NCBI GenBank assembly: GCA_951406725.2
Contig: OX597817.1
Coordinates: 150,102,001 to 150,166,000 of the forward strand
Direction: 5' to 3'
From: Octopus vulgaris
Taxonomy: Eukaryota
DNA length: 64,000 nucleotides
Part shown: one piece after another, positions 51,746 to 64,000 of the stretch
Numbering within the stretch: position 1 is the first letter of the stretch
Layout of the letters: each line of letters begins with the position of its first letter
Program-made: the position numbers and the translations under genes
The notes under the pieces: generated by a model
The model's database searches: none
What the model saw: only the letters and a program-made list of their open reading frames with translations
What the model was told of the DNA's origin: nothing

Positions 51746-53165
51746 TTTGTACTAACCATCTCCAGACCCTCAGTAAAGAGATCCCTCAGAGGGAACAAGC
51801 AGAATAGTAGGAGACATGCATCACACAATATAAACTGCTAATCAAATATGCTGTCCTGACACTACACATCACACAATGTAAACAACATAGAAATGCCGCC
51901 CAATCATGCTAGGACAGTCTACTTTCCATACTGACACAGGTTGAACAGTCTGAGTCAGTTATTATTCAGAGTAATATTGAATTCTTAGATGGGTTAGGGG
52001 ACCACATTTTACTTGAAGGCCATTAATTTGGAAATGCCCTCACTATCACTATTATAGAGTTCACAAGTTGCATTCTATCATGGCACCTGCAATAGAAAAG
52101 TTATCGTGTCTTGAACAAGACAAGACAAAGTCCTATCGACACTTCATAATCTCTATTTGTTTGTCAACCACATTATAGATTATACCAGATGCATTTTATC
52201 ATGGCACCAGCACTAGTGCAATTGCCTTCTACTCTGCTAAACAAAAAAGGTGTCTTTAGTCCTCACTTGTATTTCGATTCATATGAGGCAATATGGCCAA
52301 TAGAGAGGAAAGAGAGAAAGAAATCAGAGTATGAAAAGGAAGACAGTGCTTGAAGGAATAACAAAGAGACAGTAGTGGTAATGTAATGATTTATAGTAAT
52401 GGTGAGGGGAAATGAGAGAGAGTTAATGATGGATAGCACATGCCAAAAATGAGTGACCTGGAGGAGTGGGCACATAGGCTATCAAAATAGATGGGTAATA
52501 ATGTTAGCTGGTAAGAGAGATTATGAGTGATGAGTAGTGAAAATGGTGAGGGTAAGAGACAGATGGATGGATATCTGAGAGATAGATAAAGAGTGAGAGC
52601 GAGAGAGAAAGCTGGTGGGGTGTTCAAATCTGATATAACCCCTTGTTAATCAAGCATCATAATGGAGAAGAAAAACTAATGATAGCTATATAATTTCTAT
52701 GAGTATGATAGCAAGATAGGAACAGGTGTCTTGTTGTAGAGGAGGTATATGACTAATCCGGTTGGAAAAGGAAAAAATATAGTAGTGGTGAGGTAACAGG
52801 ATGTAACCACTGACATACAAGAGGGTGAATGTAAGGGGGATGCGGACAGAGGATCAAGTAAGTTTGCAAACAATCATGATCATTATCATCATCATTTAAC
52901 GTCCGCTTTCCATGCTAGCATGGGTTGGACGATTTGACTGAGGTCTGGCGAACCAGACACCAATCTGATCTGGCAGAGTTTCTACAGCTGGATGCCCTTC
53001 CTAACGCCAACCACTCCGAGAGTTTAGTGGGTGCTTTTACATGCCACCGGTACGAGGGCCAGTTTGGTAGTACTGGCAACAGCCGCCACCTACACAGGAG
53101 CCAGTCTAGCAGCAATTTTTGTTGCAATTAGACAGAAGTCTCAACACTAAAGAAAGGTTACTCAC

Positions 53166-53411
53166 AGCATGAACAACAGTAGCTTGTGTTCCATCAGGTA
53201 ATGTAACTACAGCACTTCCTGGTGTACCAGTGTCAATTTGAATAATGGAAACACTACCATCAGGGTTGTTGATTGTCTGCACCATAGTCCCTGTATATTG
53301 CTGAGGAGGAGACGCAGGATTCTCTTCAGTAAATTCAGGGAGTAAATCTTCCCGACCATGATATTTGTAGCAGTTCTTCACAATTTGTCTTAAAGCATGT
53401 GTCCATGATAC
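53166..53411 (-). CDS. NRF1: NRF1/erect wing coding exon 6 (VSWTHALRQIVKNCYKYHGREDLL...TVVHA)
   Basis: CTAG acceptor, GTGAGT donor, 246 nt; end of the NRF1 DNA-binding domain. Confidence 0.93.
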
Positions 53412-53572
53412 CTAGACAGCAAAAATTTAGGCTTTAAGAGATGACCAGGTAAACAATTAGCATAAAACAATACATTTCAAAGCATTGAAAACTTTTATTG
53501 TAATAAATAAAAATAGGATAAATAGTTACAGACAACAATCAATTTAGCTAATCCATAGATTCATACTCCTCT

Positions 53573-53801
53573 TTAACCCTTTGGTGTTTAAGCCGGCCAT
53601 ATCTGGCCCAAATATCCAACATGTTTTACATTCAAACTGGCCCTATCTAGTCTCTCACACCTAACCTACATTGACATTCTAAGAATAAACTATGACACCA
53701 TTCAAACTTCAAAGCTGTAAGATAATGTATGATTAATTCAAAACGATTTGAGTGAAAAAAGTATTACATTTAACAGAGTAATCTGAACACTAAAGGGTTA
53801 T
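53573..53801. mobile_element. piggyBac-like MITE
   Basis: TTAA-CCCTTT...AAAGGG-TTAT; matches 60352-60578. Confidence 0.7.
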
Positions 53802-54433
53802 ATATACTATTTTAAACTAATTTAAATACACACATATCATTTAATGTCCGTTTTCCATGCTGGCATGGGTTGGATAGTCATAGAAGAGCTGGCAAGCCAG
53901 AGGACTGCACCAAGCTTTACTATTTACTTTGGCAGACAGTACAGCTTGGTGCTGGATGCTCTCCCTATATGTATAATATACACACACACACACATATATG
54001 AATTCTTTTTTTCTTTTTACTTACTTCAGTCATTTGACTGCGGCCATGCTGGAACAGCACCTTTTTAGTCGAACAAATCGACCCCAGGACTTATTCTTTC
54101 AAAGCCTAGTACTTATTCTATTAGTATCTTTTGCTGAAATGCTAAGTTACAGGCACATAAACACACCAACATTGGTTACCAAGCAATGGGGGAAAGGACA
54201 AACACAGACACACAAATACATACATATGTATGTATGTATGTGTGTGTATATATATATAAATATACATATATACACACACACACATATATGGTAAAAAGCT
54301 TGTTTCCCAACAACATCGTTCTAGGTTCAGTCCCACTGTGTAGTACCTTGGGCAAGTGTCTTCAGCTATATAGCCCCAGGCCAACCAAAGCCTTGTGAGT
54401 GGATTTGGTAGACAGAAACTGAAAGAAGCTTGT

Positions 54434-54465
<32 letters not shown>

Positions 54466-54703
54466 CCTAGGGAGCAGAAGACACTTGCCCAAGGTGCCAC
54501 ATAGTGGGACTGAACTCGGAAACTTGTGGTTGGGAAACAAGCTTCTTACCACACAGCCACATATACATACACACACACAGATAGGGGATGGAGGTAGCTG
54601 TAGATAGATAAGTAGATAGAAAAAGAAAGAGAAAAGGAAAACAGAAAAACATAATTTGAAGTAAAGTGCAATTCAAGAATAACTGCATGAAGGAGGTACT
54701 AAC

Positions 54704-54862
54704 TTTACGCTTTTCATCCTCAGTTCGGGCATCACTGCGTACATTTGCCCATGGCACATCATCAGGCCACCAAACAGGCCTATATTCTAGTTTACCCCAT
54801 CCAGGTTTACTGCGACCGGTTGAGTACTTTAACATTTCAGGTATAAAAGCACGTAATTGAGC
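54704..54862 (-). CDS. NRF1: NRF1/erect wing coding exon 5 (AQLRAFIPEMLKYSTGRSKPGWGK...WWPDDVPWANVRSD)
   Basis: TATAG acceptor, GTTAGT donor, 159 nt; highly conserved DNA-binding core. Confidence 0.95.
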
Positions 54863-55487
54863 CTATATAAATACAGATATATATATATATACATATATAC
54901 TTACAGGAAATCAAAATTTATAATAAAAGATAAGGATTTATGACAAAATAGAAATGACTTAATACCTAGTCCCTTATGATCATTTTATAATCTACTCACC
55001 CATGACTGTAAAAGTCTTACAAGTCTATATTACATTACTCTATGATTGTAATCCTCTGTCATCTTATCTCAAACCTAATATACTCATGTTTGGCCAAACT
55101 ACATTATCCTGGGCTTTTTTGTCAACATCTAATGAGATATCTTTCACGGTTTGTCCTTTATTAGCAATACTTTCTTTTAACAGAAGTACAGACCTCTAAA
55201 CTTCTTAGTTATACTATTTCAACACTTACTATATCACATCCAACATTAATTATATTACTTGAGGAGCAGAATTTCAATTTTACAGAATACAAAAGTGAGG
55301 CAGTTTGTTTAAAGAAACATAGAAATCTTAGGTTAGTACATCAATTATGAAGATGAGTAATTTCTTCCACTAACATAACTAATATTATATTAAACGTTTG
55401 AATGGTCGTTTTCTGATGTAATCAAAATTTAAACATGAGATAAAAGGGATAACTAATTTTAAAATGTCAGATTTGGTAAAGACATAT

Positions 55488-56280
55488 ATATATGAAAAAT
55501 AGAAGTTGAAAATGCACTGAGAACAGTTAAAATATTTTTAATTAATATATTTAACTTGTTTCGCAATTTAATTAATATATTTAACTTGTTTCGCAATTTA
55601 CACTGATTTTCAAAAAGTTGAAATAGAAAGACATGGCTTCTGTTGCAAGTGTCTTACTTCTGACTTAGTGTCTGAAGCTTGCTCTATTTTTATAGGGAGT
55701 TCATGACTCAAATTAATATATGTTTTGAATCAAATCAAATCCTATTCAAAACATATACTAATTTGAGCCATGAAGTCCCTATAAAAATAGGGCAAGCTTC
55801 AAACACTAGTCAGAAGTAAGACAGCTGTGACATAAGCCATGTCTTTCCATTTCAGCTTTTTGAAAATCAGTGTAAACTGTGAAACTTTAAATCATCATCA
55901 TCATCATCATCAAACTGTGAAACTTTAAATCATCATCATCATCATCGTTTAACGTCCGTTCTCCATGCTAGCATGGGTTGGACGGTTCGACCGAGGATCT
56001 GGGAAGCCAGAAGGCTGCACCAGGCTCCAGTCTGATCTGGCAGTGTTTCTACAGCTGGATGCCCTTCCTAACGCCAACCATTCCGTGAGTGTAGTGGGTG
56101 CTTTTTACGTGCCACCTGCACAGGTGCCAGGCGAGGCTGGTAACGGCCACGATCGGATTGGTGCATTTTACGTGCCACCGGCACGGAAGCCAGTCGAGGC
56201 GGCACTGGCATCGGCCACGATTCGGATGGTGAAACGATTAACTATTCTCAGTGTATTTTCAACTCCTATTTTCGTATATT
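55488..56280. mobile_element. Palindromic MITE interrupted by a retro-insertion (55886-56229)
   Basis: 55588-55730 pairs with 55744-55885; outer 55488-55531 pairs with 56239-56280. Confidence 0.75.
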
Positions 56281-57049
56281 TCTACCCACATGGAATAAAA
56301 TAACTTTGTTTTATATATATATAATTTTGACATAGTAAGATGATCATTTAATACTGATTTCAAATTTTGGCACGAAGCTAGCAAGCTCAGGAGAACGTTT
56401 CTGTCAATTTGCTGCCTTGATGATCATTTAATATTAAATTAGATCAGGACAAATTTCAAAGTTTTTTCAGCTACGTATATATTTGAAATGATACCAAAAA
56501 AATAAGGTCAGTTATTATTCAACTTTGGATGACATTAATTAAGCAAAATATACAGCACACAGCAAGTCCTCAAATTTAATACACCCATCAGAATTGGAAT
56601 TCTCCGAGTTTTATGTCATCTTTCCCATGTTGACATGGACTGGATGGTTTTGCTGGGGTAGTGTTTAAGAGTTGGACTAGTCTTGTAATCAATCCTTTTA
56701 TAACATACAGGTTTGTGGGGTGTCTCGTCTAAAACCAGCATACACAAGGTAATAATGTAATAACACACTTCATATATAATGCCAATTAGACAGAATGATT
56801 TGCAATTATGTCGAGGTTAATAAGCTGGATATGTGATTTTGAACAGAAATTCTGAATAAATATTCAGGATACCTTTAATCTGACAATAATTATTTGATGA
56901 AAAAAATTAGATTTTACAAATGAGTAGTAACCATTAATAAATAAACAGCTGTTCTAACAAAGTATGTGAAAGACTGGATTTACAGATATATCTTATACAT
57001 ACTGAAAACGAATATATACAAATATTTTTTTTTTAAATATTGAATATAC

Positions 57050-57199
57050 CTGGGTCATTTTATCTACAGGGGTTGGGATACCATCTATAACAAGAGGTGG
57101 TAATTTGTGTAAATTTGGATCTTCTTGCTGTGAGGGTGGTGCTTGTTGTGCCAGCACTGATTCCAAGTCTTGCATAATAATTCCTTTAGAATTGCGAAC
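57050..57199 (-). CDS. NRF1: NRF1/erect wing coding exon 4 (VRNSKGIIMQDLE...LPPLVIDGIPTPVDKMTQ)
   Basis: CCAAG acceptor, CAG|GTATAT donor, 150 nt; conserved LPPLxIDGIPxxVDKMTQ. Confidence 0.93.
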
Positions 57200-59148
57200 C
57201 TTGGAGGAAAAAAATATCATAAATTGTGATATCAGTTCCAATTTCAATAATTAGTCACAGATTTAATTACATAGAAATCTCAGCCAAAAAAAAAAAACAT
57301 ATCAATGAATTTCTTTCCATCTGTACACTGCACTTAGTCTGATATTATTGTTACATTAATAGTGTCATGGCATTGCATGTGTTCTATATGCTTCCATGTG
57401 GATTGGTTTATTTAAAGTAAAATCCCATTTAATAACCTATCATATAAGGCAGCAAGCTGGCAGAAATGTTAGCATGCCGGGCAAAATCCTTAGCAGTGTT
57501 TCGCCTATCTTTACATTCTGAGTTCAAATTTCACCAAGGTCAACTTTGCCTTTCATCCTTTTGGGATCGATAAATTTAGTACCAGTTGCGTACTGGAATC
57601 GATCTAATCGGCTGGCCCCCTCACCAAAAATTTCGGGTCTTGTACCTAGAGTAGAAAAGAATATCCTTTCTATTATAGGGGCAAGGCCTGAAATTTTGGG
57701 AGAGGAGGCTAGTCGATTCCATCAACTCCAGTTCTCAACTGTAATGTACTTCATTGACCCCAAAAGAATGAAAAGCAAAGTCAACCTCAACAGTATTTGA
57801 GCTCAGAATGTAAAGACTGATAAGATGCCACCAAACATTTTCTCAAGCATGCTAACAAGCCATTTAAGATCAAATACAATTTCCTGGTGCATCATTTGGA
57901 TAACATTGGTAAACTATGACACTTATAACAGTATAATATTCTATTATTAATCTACTAACTGACGTACCCGGTAATTCCCAGGAAAGCGGGTTTATCCCTT
58001 GGTTTGCTAATCCAATAACAACAATACAAAGTATGTAGCCCTTAAAATGGTTTTTATGCATTTACAGAGAATACCGAACTGTCTTACACAGGATCTTGTT
58101 TTTAGGAATTCCCAATAAATTATGAATACTTAAATTGTGAAGTCAGTTATGTAATAACATGAAATTAGTTATGCAATAGTAAGAATTCAAATAAAGTAGC
58201 TCTGAAAAGGACTTTAATGCATTCCCAGAGTATATATAACATAGGAGGAAATACTAATAAGGTACGTATACTAAAATCGTGAATCATGTTATGTAATAAC
58301 AGGCTAATCAGATATGAGACAATAACAATTCAAAGTAAATAACATGCAAGTGGCTGAGTACTCCACAGAATCAGGGAGATTCAGCTTGACACAAAATGTG
58401 ATAAGGCTGGCCTTTTGAAATACAGGTGTAACTCATTTTTGCCAGCTGAGTGGACTGGAGCAATGAGAAATAAAGTGTCTGGCTCAAGGACACAACATGG
58501 AATCAAGAACTGAACTCACAACCATGAGCTGGAAACACTTTACACTAAGCCATGCACCCTCACTACTGAACCAGGTGTTGGACTATTACAAGTTAACTTT
58601 TCCCAGGTCTGCTACATATTTTTCAACTGGATAAATAAACTAATGCAAATAAAATTAGTAGACTTCCCAGTGACAAATGAGGTGTCTATGCCAAAATACA
58701 AACTCACAGGGGAGTGGCTGTGTGGTAAGCAGCTTGCTTACCAACCACATGGTTCCAGGCTCAGTCCCACTGCGTGGCACCTTGGGCAAGTGTCTTCTAC
58801 TATAGCCTCAGGCTGACCAAAGCTTTGTGAATGAATTTGGCAGACGGAAACTGAAAGAAGCCCATCATGTGTGTGTGTGTGTATGTATGTATATGTTTTT
58901 TTGATGTTGGCATTAGCAGTTCAGCAAGAAAGATCAATAGAATAAGCACTAAACTTCCAAAGAATAAGTCCTGGGGTCGATTTGTTCTACTAAAGGCAGT
59001 GCTCCAGCATGGCCACAATCAAATGACTGAAACAAGTAAGAGAGTAACTAAATGATTAGAAGATAGAAACTTTATCTCCCTGACGATTTCATCTCCTATA
59101 ATAAATTATTTACAAAATTTCAAAATTGTGTAGAAATGAAGAACTTAC

Positions 59149-59284
59149 CACTGTTTCTAAAGGTTGAGAACCAAACACTTTAAAAGACTGGTAACTTTGG
59201 TTAGGTTTGCCAGGAGTACAACAAAGTACAACTGCTTGTTGCCCTACACGTGTTGAATATTCTTCAACAATATACCGTAGTTTT
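59149..59284 (-). CDS. NRF1: NRF1/erect wing coding exon 3 (RKLRYIVEEYSTRVGQQAVVL...FKVFGSQPLETV)
   Basis: CATCAG acceptor, GTG|GTAAGT donor, 136 nt, phase consistent. Confidence 0.95.
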
Positions 59285-59419
59285 CTGATGAAGATATAAA
59301 ACAATTTATTTTGAAAAAACTTTAAAATATAAATAGCCTTAAAAAATATAAAGACTTGATCAAATACTCACATACATCTGATCTAGCACTAATACTATAA
59401 AAAAAAAACAATTAAAAAT

Positions 59420-59730
59420 AATAAAACATTTAATAAATAGAATGAACATGTAAAACAAACAATTAAAACGGGCAACTGACTGCCACTCGTTGACGTTACA
59501 TCGAAGAGGCCAAGGAACAGATGAAAGAAGACATGCACCCAACACCAGAGCTGAAGACATCTCCGAAAGCGGGGGCCCTGCCACGTCAAAATGGTAGAGG
59601 AGTAGGGGCCGAAACCGGACATTGTTCGTCCTGATGATGTCTTGAGCTAACTGGATCCTATAAAGGAGCTGTTGTGGTAGCAGAGCACGAAACACGGTTG
59701 AAATTCCTCAAGACAAAACAGAATAGTACA
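59420..59730 (+). mobile_element. GC-rich insert with multiple hammerhead core boxes (Penelope/retrozyme-like)
   Basis: CTGAAGA at 59551, GAAAC at 59611, CTGATGA at 59631 and GAAAC at 59689, plus flanking stems. Confidence 0.4.
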
Positions 59731-59955
59731 TCACTAATAAACTAATGAGAAAGCACTACAGAGTTGCCCAACCTGTAAGAAATAAGTCAAATCTCCATTA
59801 AAATCAGCCCCTGCTGTCTTAAAAAAGAAAGGGTATATTGAACACTGTAGTAGTAGATGTACAAAAGACATGATAGTCATGAATGGAATGTCTTTAATCA
59901 TATATCTGTGTGAGCAAGGCTGACTTGAGGTCAAACAACAATGCAACATCTCCAG

Positions 59956-60293
59956 CAGTGGCTCTCAACCATTTTTTATCAATGGACCCCTTTGATTACT
60001 ATTTTCTTCTGGTGGACCCCTATAGCCATTCAATGTTTAAAAACTAGTTTCATAGATACTTCTTTCAAAATTCCTATTTTGTTATTTGCACATTAACATT
60101 TTTAGACTGAACTATGTAAAACTTTTGAGATAGAAATTTGGCCATTTCTTACGATACTCATATCTAAATCAAAATATTTTCATGGACCTTTAAACTGCTA
60201 CTGGGGCTCCCCAATTTACTATTTTGCTTGCACAGATCCTTAAAATCTTATAAGGGCCCCCTGGAGTCATATGGATCCTGTCTGAGAACCATT
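59956..60293. mobile_element. hAT (Charlie-like) MITE
   Basis: CAGTGGCTCTCAACC...TGAGAACCATT termini with internal GGACCCC motifs. Confidence 0.6.
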
Positions 60294-60351
60294 AATCTAC
60301 AGTAATAATCACATATATTTCCAATTCTATGGTGAGGCAGATTAATGGTTA

Positions 60352-60578
60352 TTAACCCTTTAGTATTTAAACCGGCCATATCCGGCCAAAATATTTAATC
60401 TGTTTTATGTTCAAACTGACCAGATCCAGGCCCTCACACCTACCCTACAATGTTATTCTACATTAAGTAAATACACCATCAAGCTCTTGAAGATATAAGA
60501 TAATGCATGATTAATTCAAATCAGTGGGAATCAATAGACATTATGTTTCATTGAATAATCTGAACACTAAAGGGTTAA
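60352..60578. mobile_element. piggyBac-like MITE
   Basis: TTAA-CCCTTTAGT...ACTAAAGGG-TTAA. Confidence 0.8.
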
Positions 60579-60635
60579 AAAAACTAACTTCAATTTAAAA
60601 ATCTAAAGATAGAGACATAAAATAAATCTCTTCAC

Positions 60636-60750
60636 CTGAGTAATCTTGTTTGTTGCCGACGTCGAATAGAAGGATTTGTTTCAAAACTATGCATTCGCCG
60701 ACGCTTCCTTCCAGTAACAATTGCAGCAGCTGCAGCAACACCAATAGGTC
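60636..60750 (-). CDS. NRF1: NRF1/erect wing coding exon 2 (GPIGVAAAAAIVTGRKRRRMHSFETNPSIRRRQQTRLLR)
   Basis: Not in the ORF track; translated by hand. TTTTAAG acceptor, CAG|GTGAAG donor, 115 nt; NLS and start of the DNA-binding domain. Confidence 0.95.
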
Positions 60751-61809
60751 CTTAAAAATTAAGAAAGAAAACAATAATTACCTTAATTATATCAGATTCC
60801 AATGAAAGAAACCCACAAAAAGAAATCAAAACGAAACAGTATAATCTAACAGAATTGTTTCATTTCAAGTAAATTCTGAAACAATGAGTTTGTCTAATTG
60901 TCCTAAAAAGCAGCCATGTTGGTGACACATAAAAAGCTCTGGTGGTGGTATCATGTAAAAAACACTGGTGTTGGTGCCATGTCAAAAGCACCTGCGCTTG
61001 TGCCATATAAAAGGCACCCAGTACACTTTGTAAAGTATTTGGCATTATGAAGAACACCCAGCCATAGAAATGTTGCCAAAACAGACAATTGGAACATGGT
61101 GCAGTTCTCTGGCTTGGCAGCTCCTGTCAAACTGTCCAACCCATGCCTGAATGGAAAACAGAAATTATATGATGATGTGCTACAAGTAGAGTAAAATGTC
61201 ACACAGGTGTGCCTGGAGATAGTAAAAGAAATATAGAGTAAGACATAATATAAGTTGAACACACTTTCTTCAAATACTTAAAACTGCAATAAATGTCCTA
61301 TCATCACTAAACTATAACTGCATTAATTTATCATCACCATCATCATCATTTTAACACCCACTTTTCTATGCTTGCATGGATCAAATGGAATTCAATTTTC
61401 TTCTGCTCCATTTGATGTTCAACTAGGACACTGTGCTTAATAAACAACAGATTCTATTAAAAGTTTAATTACCAATATATATTTCTTTACTACCCACAAG
61501 GGGCTAAACATAGAGGGGACGAATAAAGACAGACAAAGGGATTAAGTCAACTACATCGACCCCGAAAGGATGAAAGGTAAAGTCAACCTCGGCGGAATTT
61601 AAACTCAGAACGTAGCGACAGACGAAATACTGCTGATCATTTTGCCCGGCATGCTTACGTTTCTGCCAGCTCGCCTTATATAATTACCAATATAAGTCCT
61701 TCCCTCACCTCTCTCCCTTTCCTTTACATGTATTTTATCTGATTGATTATTATTAGTAAAACTTAATTGTCAAATTATTTCTCTGACAGATTATGGTCAG
61801 TTTGGAATA

Positions 61810-62201
61810 TGGATGGATGGAAGCACTCCGTCGGTTACGACGATGAGGGTTCCGGTTGATCCGAATCAACGGAACAGCCTGCTCGTGAAATTAACGTATA
61901 AGTGGCTGAGCACTCCACAGACACGTGCACCCTTAACGTAGTTCTCGGGGATATTCAGCGTGACACAGAGAGTGACAAGGCCGGCCCCTTGAAATACAGG
62001 TACAACAGAAACAGGAAGTAAGAGTGAGAGAAAGTTGTGGTGAAAGAGTACAGCAGGGATCACCACCATCCCCTGCCGGAGCCTCGTGGAGCTTTTAGGT
62101 GTTTTCGCTCAATAAACACTCACAACACCTGGTCTGGGAATCGAAACCGCGATCCTATGACCGCAAGTCCGCTACCCTAACCACGGGGCCATTGCGCCTC
62201 C
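61810..62201 (-). mobile_element. Young full-length tRNA-derived SINE
   Basis: Minus-strand head GGAGGCGCAATGGCCCCGTGGTTAGGG...GGTTTCGATTCCC with CpGs intact; older copies at 40950-41230, 51225-51540 and 58335-58565. Confidence 0.8.
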
Positions 62202-62238
62202 ACAGTTTGGAATAACCAAGTATAGAAACAACATTTAC

Positions 62239-62440
62239 CAGCAGCAGCCAATTGAGTGGTTACATCATCATTCATAGTATTTGTAAGTAGATCTGTTTCA
62301 TCAAAATGAGGGCTATCTGGTGAGCTGGATTCACTCATATCATCACTAAGCATGTTTGCACACATTGGGGAGGTGCTCATGTTAGTCATTGCATTAACAA
62401 CTCCACGAACACTTACAGAAGAGGAGTTCGAACTGTTCAT
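62239..62440 (-). CDS. NRF1: NRF1/erect wing first coding exon (MNSSNSSS...DDVTTQLAAAG)
   Basis: Acceptor TTTTTATTGCAG at 62457, ATG at 62440, G|GTAAAT donor; the eight exons sum to 1443 nt = 480 aa plus stop; the upstream exon is not identified. Confidence 0.88.
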
Positions 62441-64000
62441 TCTATTTGTAACAACCCTGCAATAAAAAGGAAACATTTTCAAGAAATTAAAGAATCATCA
62501 CATAACTCTAAAAATACATTTTTCTCTACAGGTGAAAGGAATTTTTAAAATAAAATCTAAAGATCAGAAAATGTCTTAATTACACTTAATTATATATTAG
62601 AATCATTATCACTTAACATCCATGTCAGACTCATGAAATTTATAAGAATTTACAAATTTCGAGAGACATGAAATAAATCATTTTTAACAGTAAAATTCGA
62701 TATAGATAAAGCTGTAAATACTGGTGTGTAGAATATTGGGTTAAAGAAACCAAAAGTCAGTAATTAAACTTTTGGCAATCTATTGTTTATCAAGCACTTG
62801 GATGGAAAAAGTCAAAGGCTGTCCAAATCATTAAACCAAAACAATTCTAGCCTTTGGCATTTTTTCCATCCAAAGGTTTTTAACTCGATATATTGCACAC
62901 TTTCATCTATAGCTTTATCTACTTCAGGCTCCACGGTTAATAGTAATATACTTCATACTGAAATATATTTCTTGTCTTGCTCTAAAAAATATTACAGAGG
63001 GCTGTACTCACTTTGTGAAAATATGTAAATTTAAGAACCAAAGTATTGTAATTTTTAAGTAGTTAGATCTCTTTCATCTTCAGAACCATGTGTATTTTCT
63101 CATTGAGAATACTTGGAGAAAGCTTTGAAGAAAACTTACTTCAATTAGATGAGATTTTATCAGAGAAGGACTAATAAAATAATATATTACTCAGTTCAAC
63201 CATCTCAAAGTTGTTACTTCCATTTACTAAATGCATAACATGACATTCAAGCCATACCTTCACAATAAGAATTTGGATTGGCTCACAAAACTTCTGTGAA
63301 CTACTTCCTATTCTGAACAATGAGAAGTGTACATCTATATAGGTGTAGGTACTTCTGAGTTAGCTAAATTTGGTCTGTAAACATAGAAAACTGCAGTCAT
63401 CTCACTCAAAATATAGTGTTACAATTGGATGTATATGCTTAGCAAAAGTTTTGGTCAGAATCAAGAGACTACTTTGGTCTGCTTGATGCAGAAGAAGCTG
63501 TCAGATGATTCATGTTATAGCAGTTTCATCATCTACAGATAACAAGTAACTAAAGAAAAACTCATTTTTTTCTTTTTTTTCAATTGAATAGTATCTTCAA
63601 GATTTCCAAGCAAGTGTAGCAATATCAACTGTGATCTGAATTATTTATGAAAGTAAACAGACAAGTGATCGAGAAGAATGAAGGAAGATATATAACAATG
63701 AATTGCTTTAATTGTATCAAACCCTCATTTATTAGGAGCTATTGCAATAGTAATTATAGTATCACTATCTCAACTAAAACCAGTATACCATTCTTATTTG
63801 GTCTAAAAGACAGACAAACACAGAAGAAGTAAATGAGATGGTATAACATTCATGATTCTTTTCAAAGATGTAATCAGTATAATCAAAGTGAATTAGATCC
63901 AAACAAACATTAAAACCAGATTGCAGATTATGCTCTGAGTTGTTTGCCTTGATTAATATTAACACTAAGTTCTGAATTATATTTATTATTCTTTTCTACT

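Noticed and set aside
63000-63150. Possible NRF1 5'UTR exon donors (GTGAGT near 63011 and GTAAGT near 63139, minus strand)
   Set aside because: No supporting acceptor or promoter context; cannot be distinguished from chance

Overview
This is AT-rich, repeat-dense animal genomic DNA, not prokaryotic; the SINE, RTE and microsatellite content suggests an octopus (inferred). Two protein-coding genes are well supported. One is an intronless NDUFA2 (complex I B8 subunit) at 34757-35041 (+). The other is an NRF1/erect wing/P3A2 transcription factor on the minus strand with 8 coding exons (62440 to 50154, 480 aa, all GT-AG introns in phase) and a probable ~5.6 kb 3'UTR; the two genes are convergent. 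A candidate first exon and promoter of another minus-strand gene lies at about 5.2-6.3 kb. The rest is tRNA-derived SINEs, RTE and CR1 LINE fragments, mariner remnants, Helitron, piggyBac and hAT non-autonomous elements, solo LTRs and microsatellites. The most unusual items are: Penelope-like elements with hammerhead-ribozyme core motifs, one fused to a tRNA-type Pol III promoter; a 5S rRNA-SINE chimeric retrocopy inside a single target-site duplication; and a CxxC motif in the thioredoxin-fold NDUFA2. Most short ORFs in the track are microsatellite or repeat artefacts. Repeat boundaries are read by eye and are approximate.
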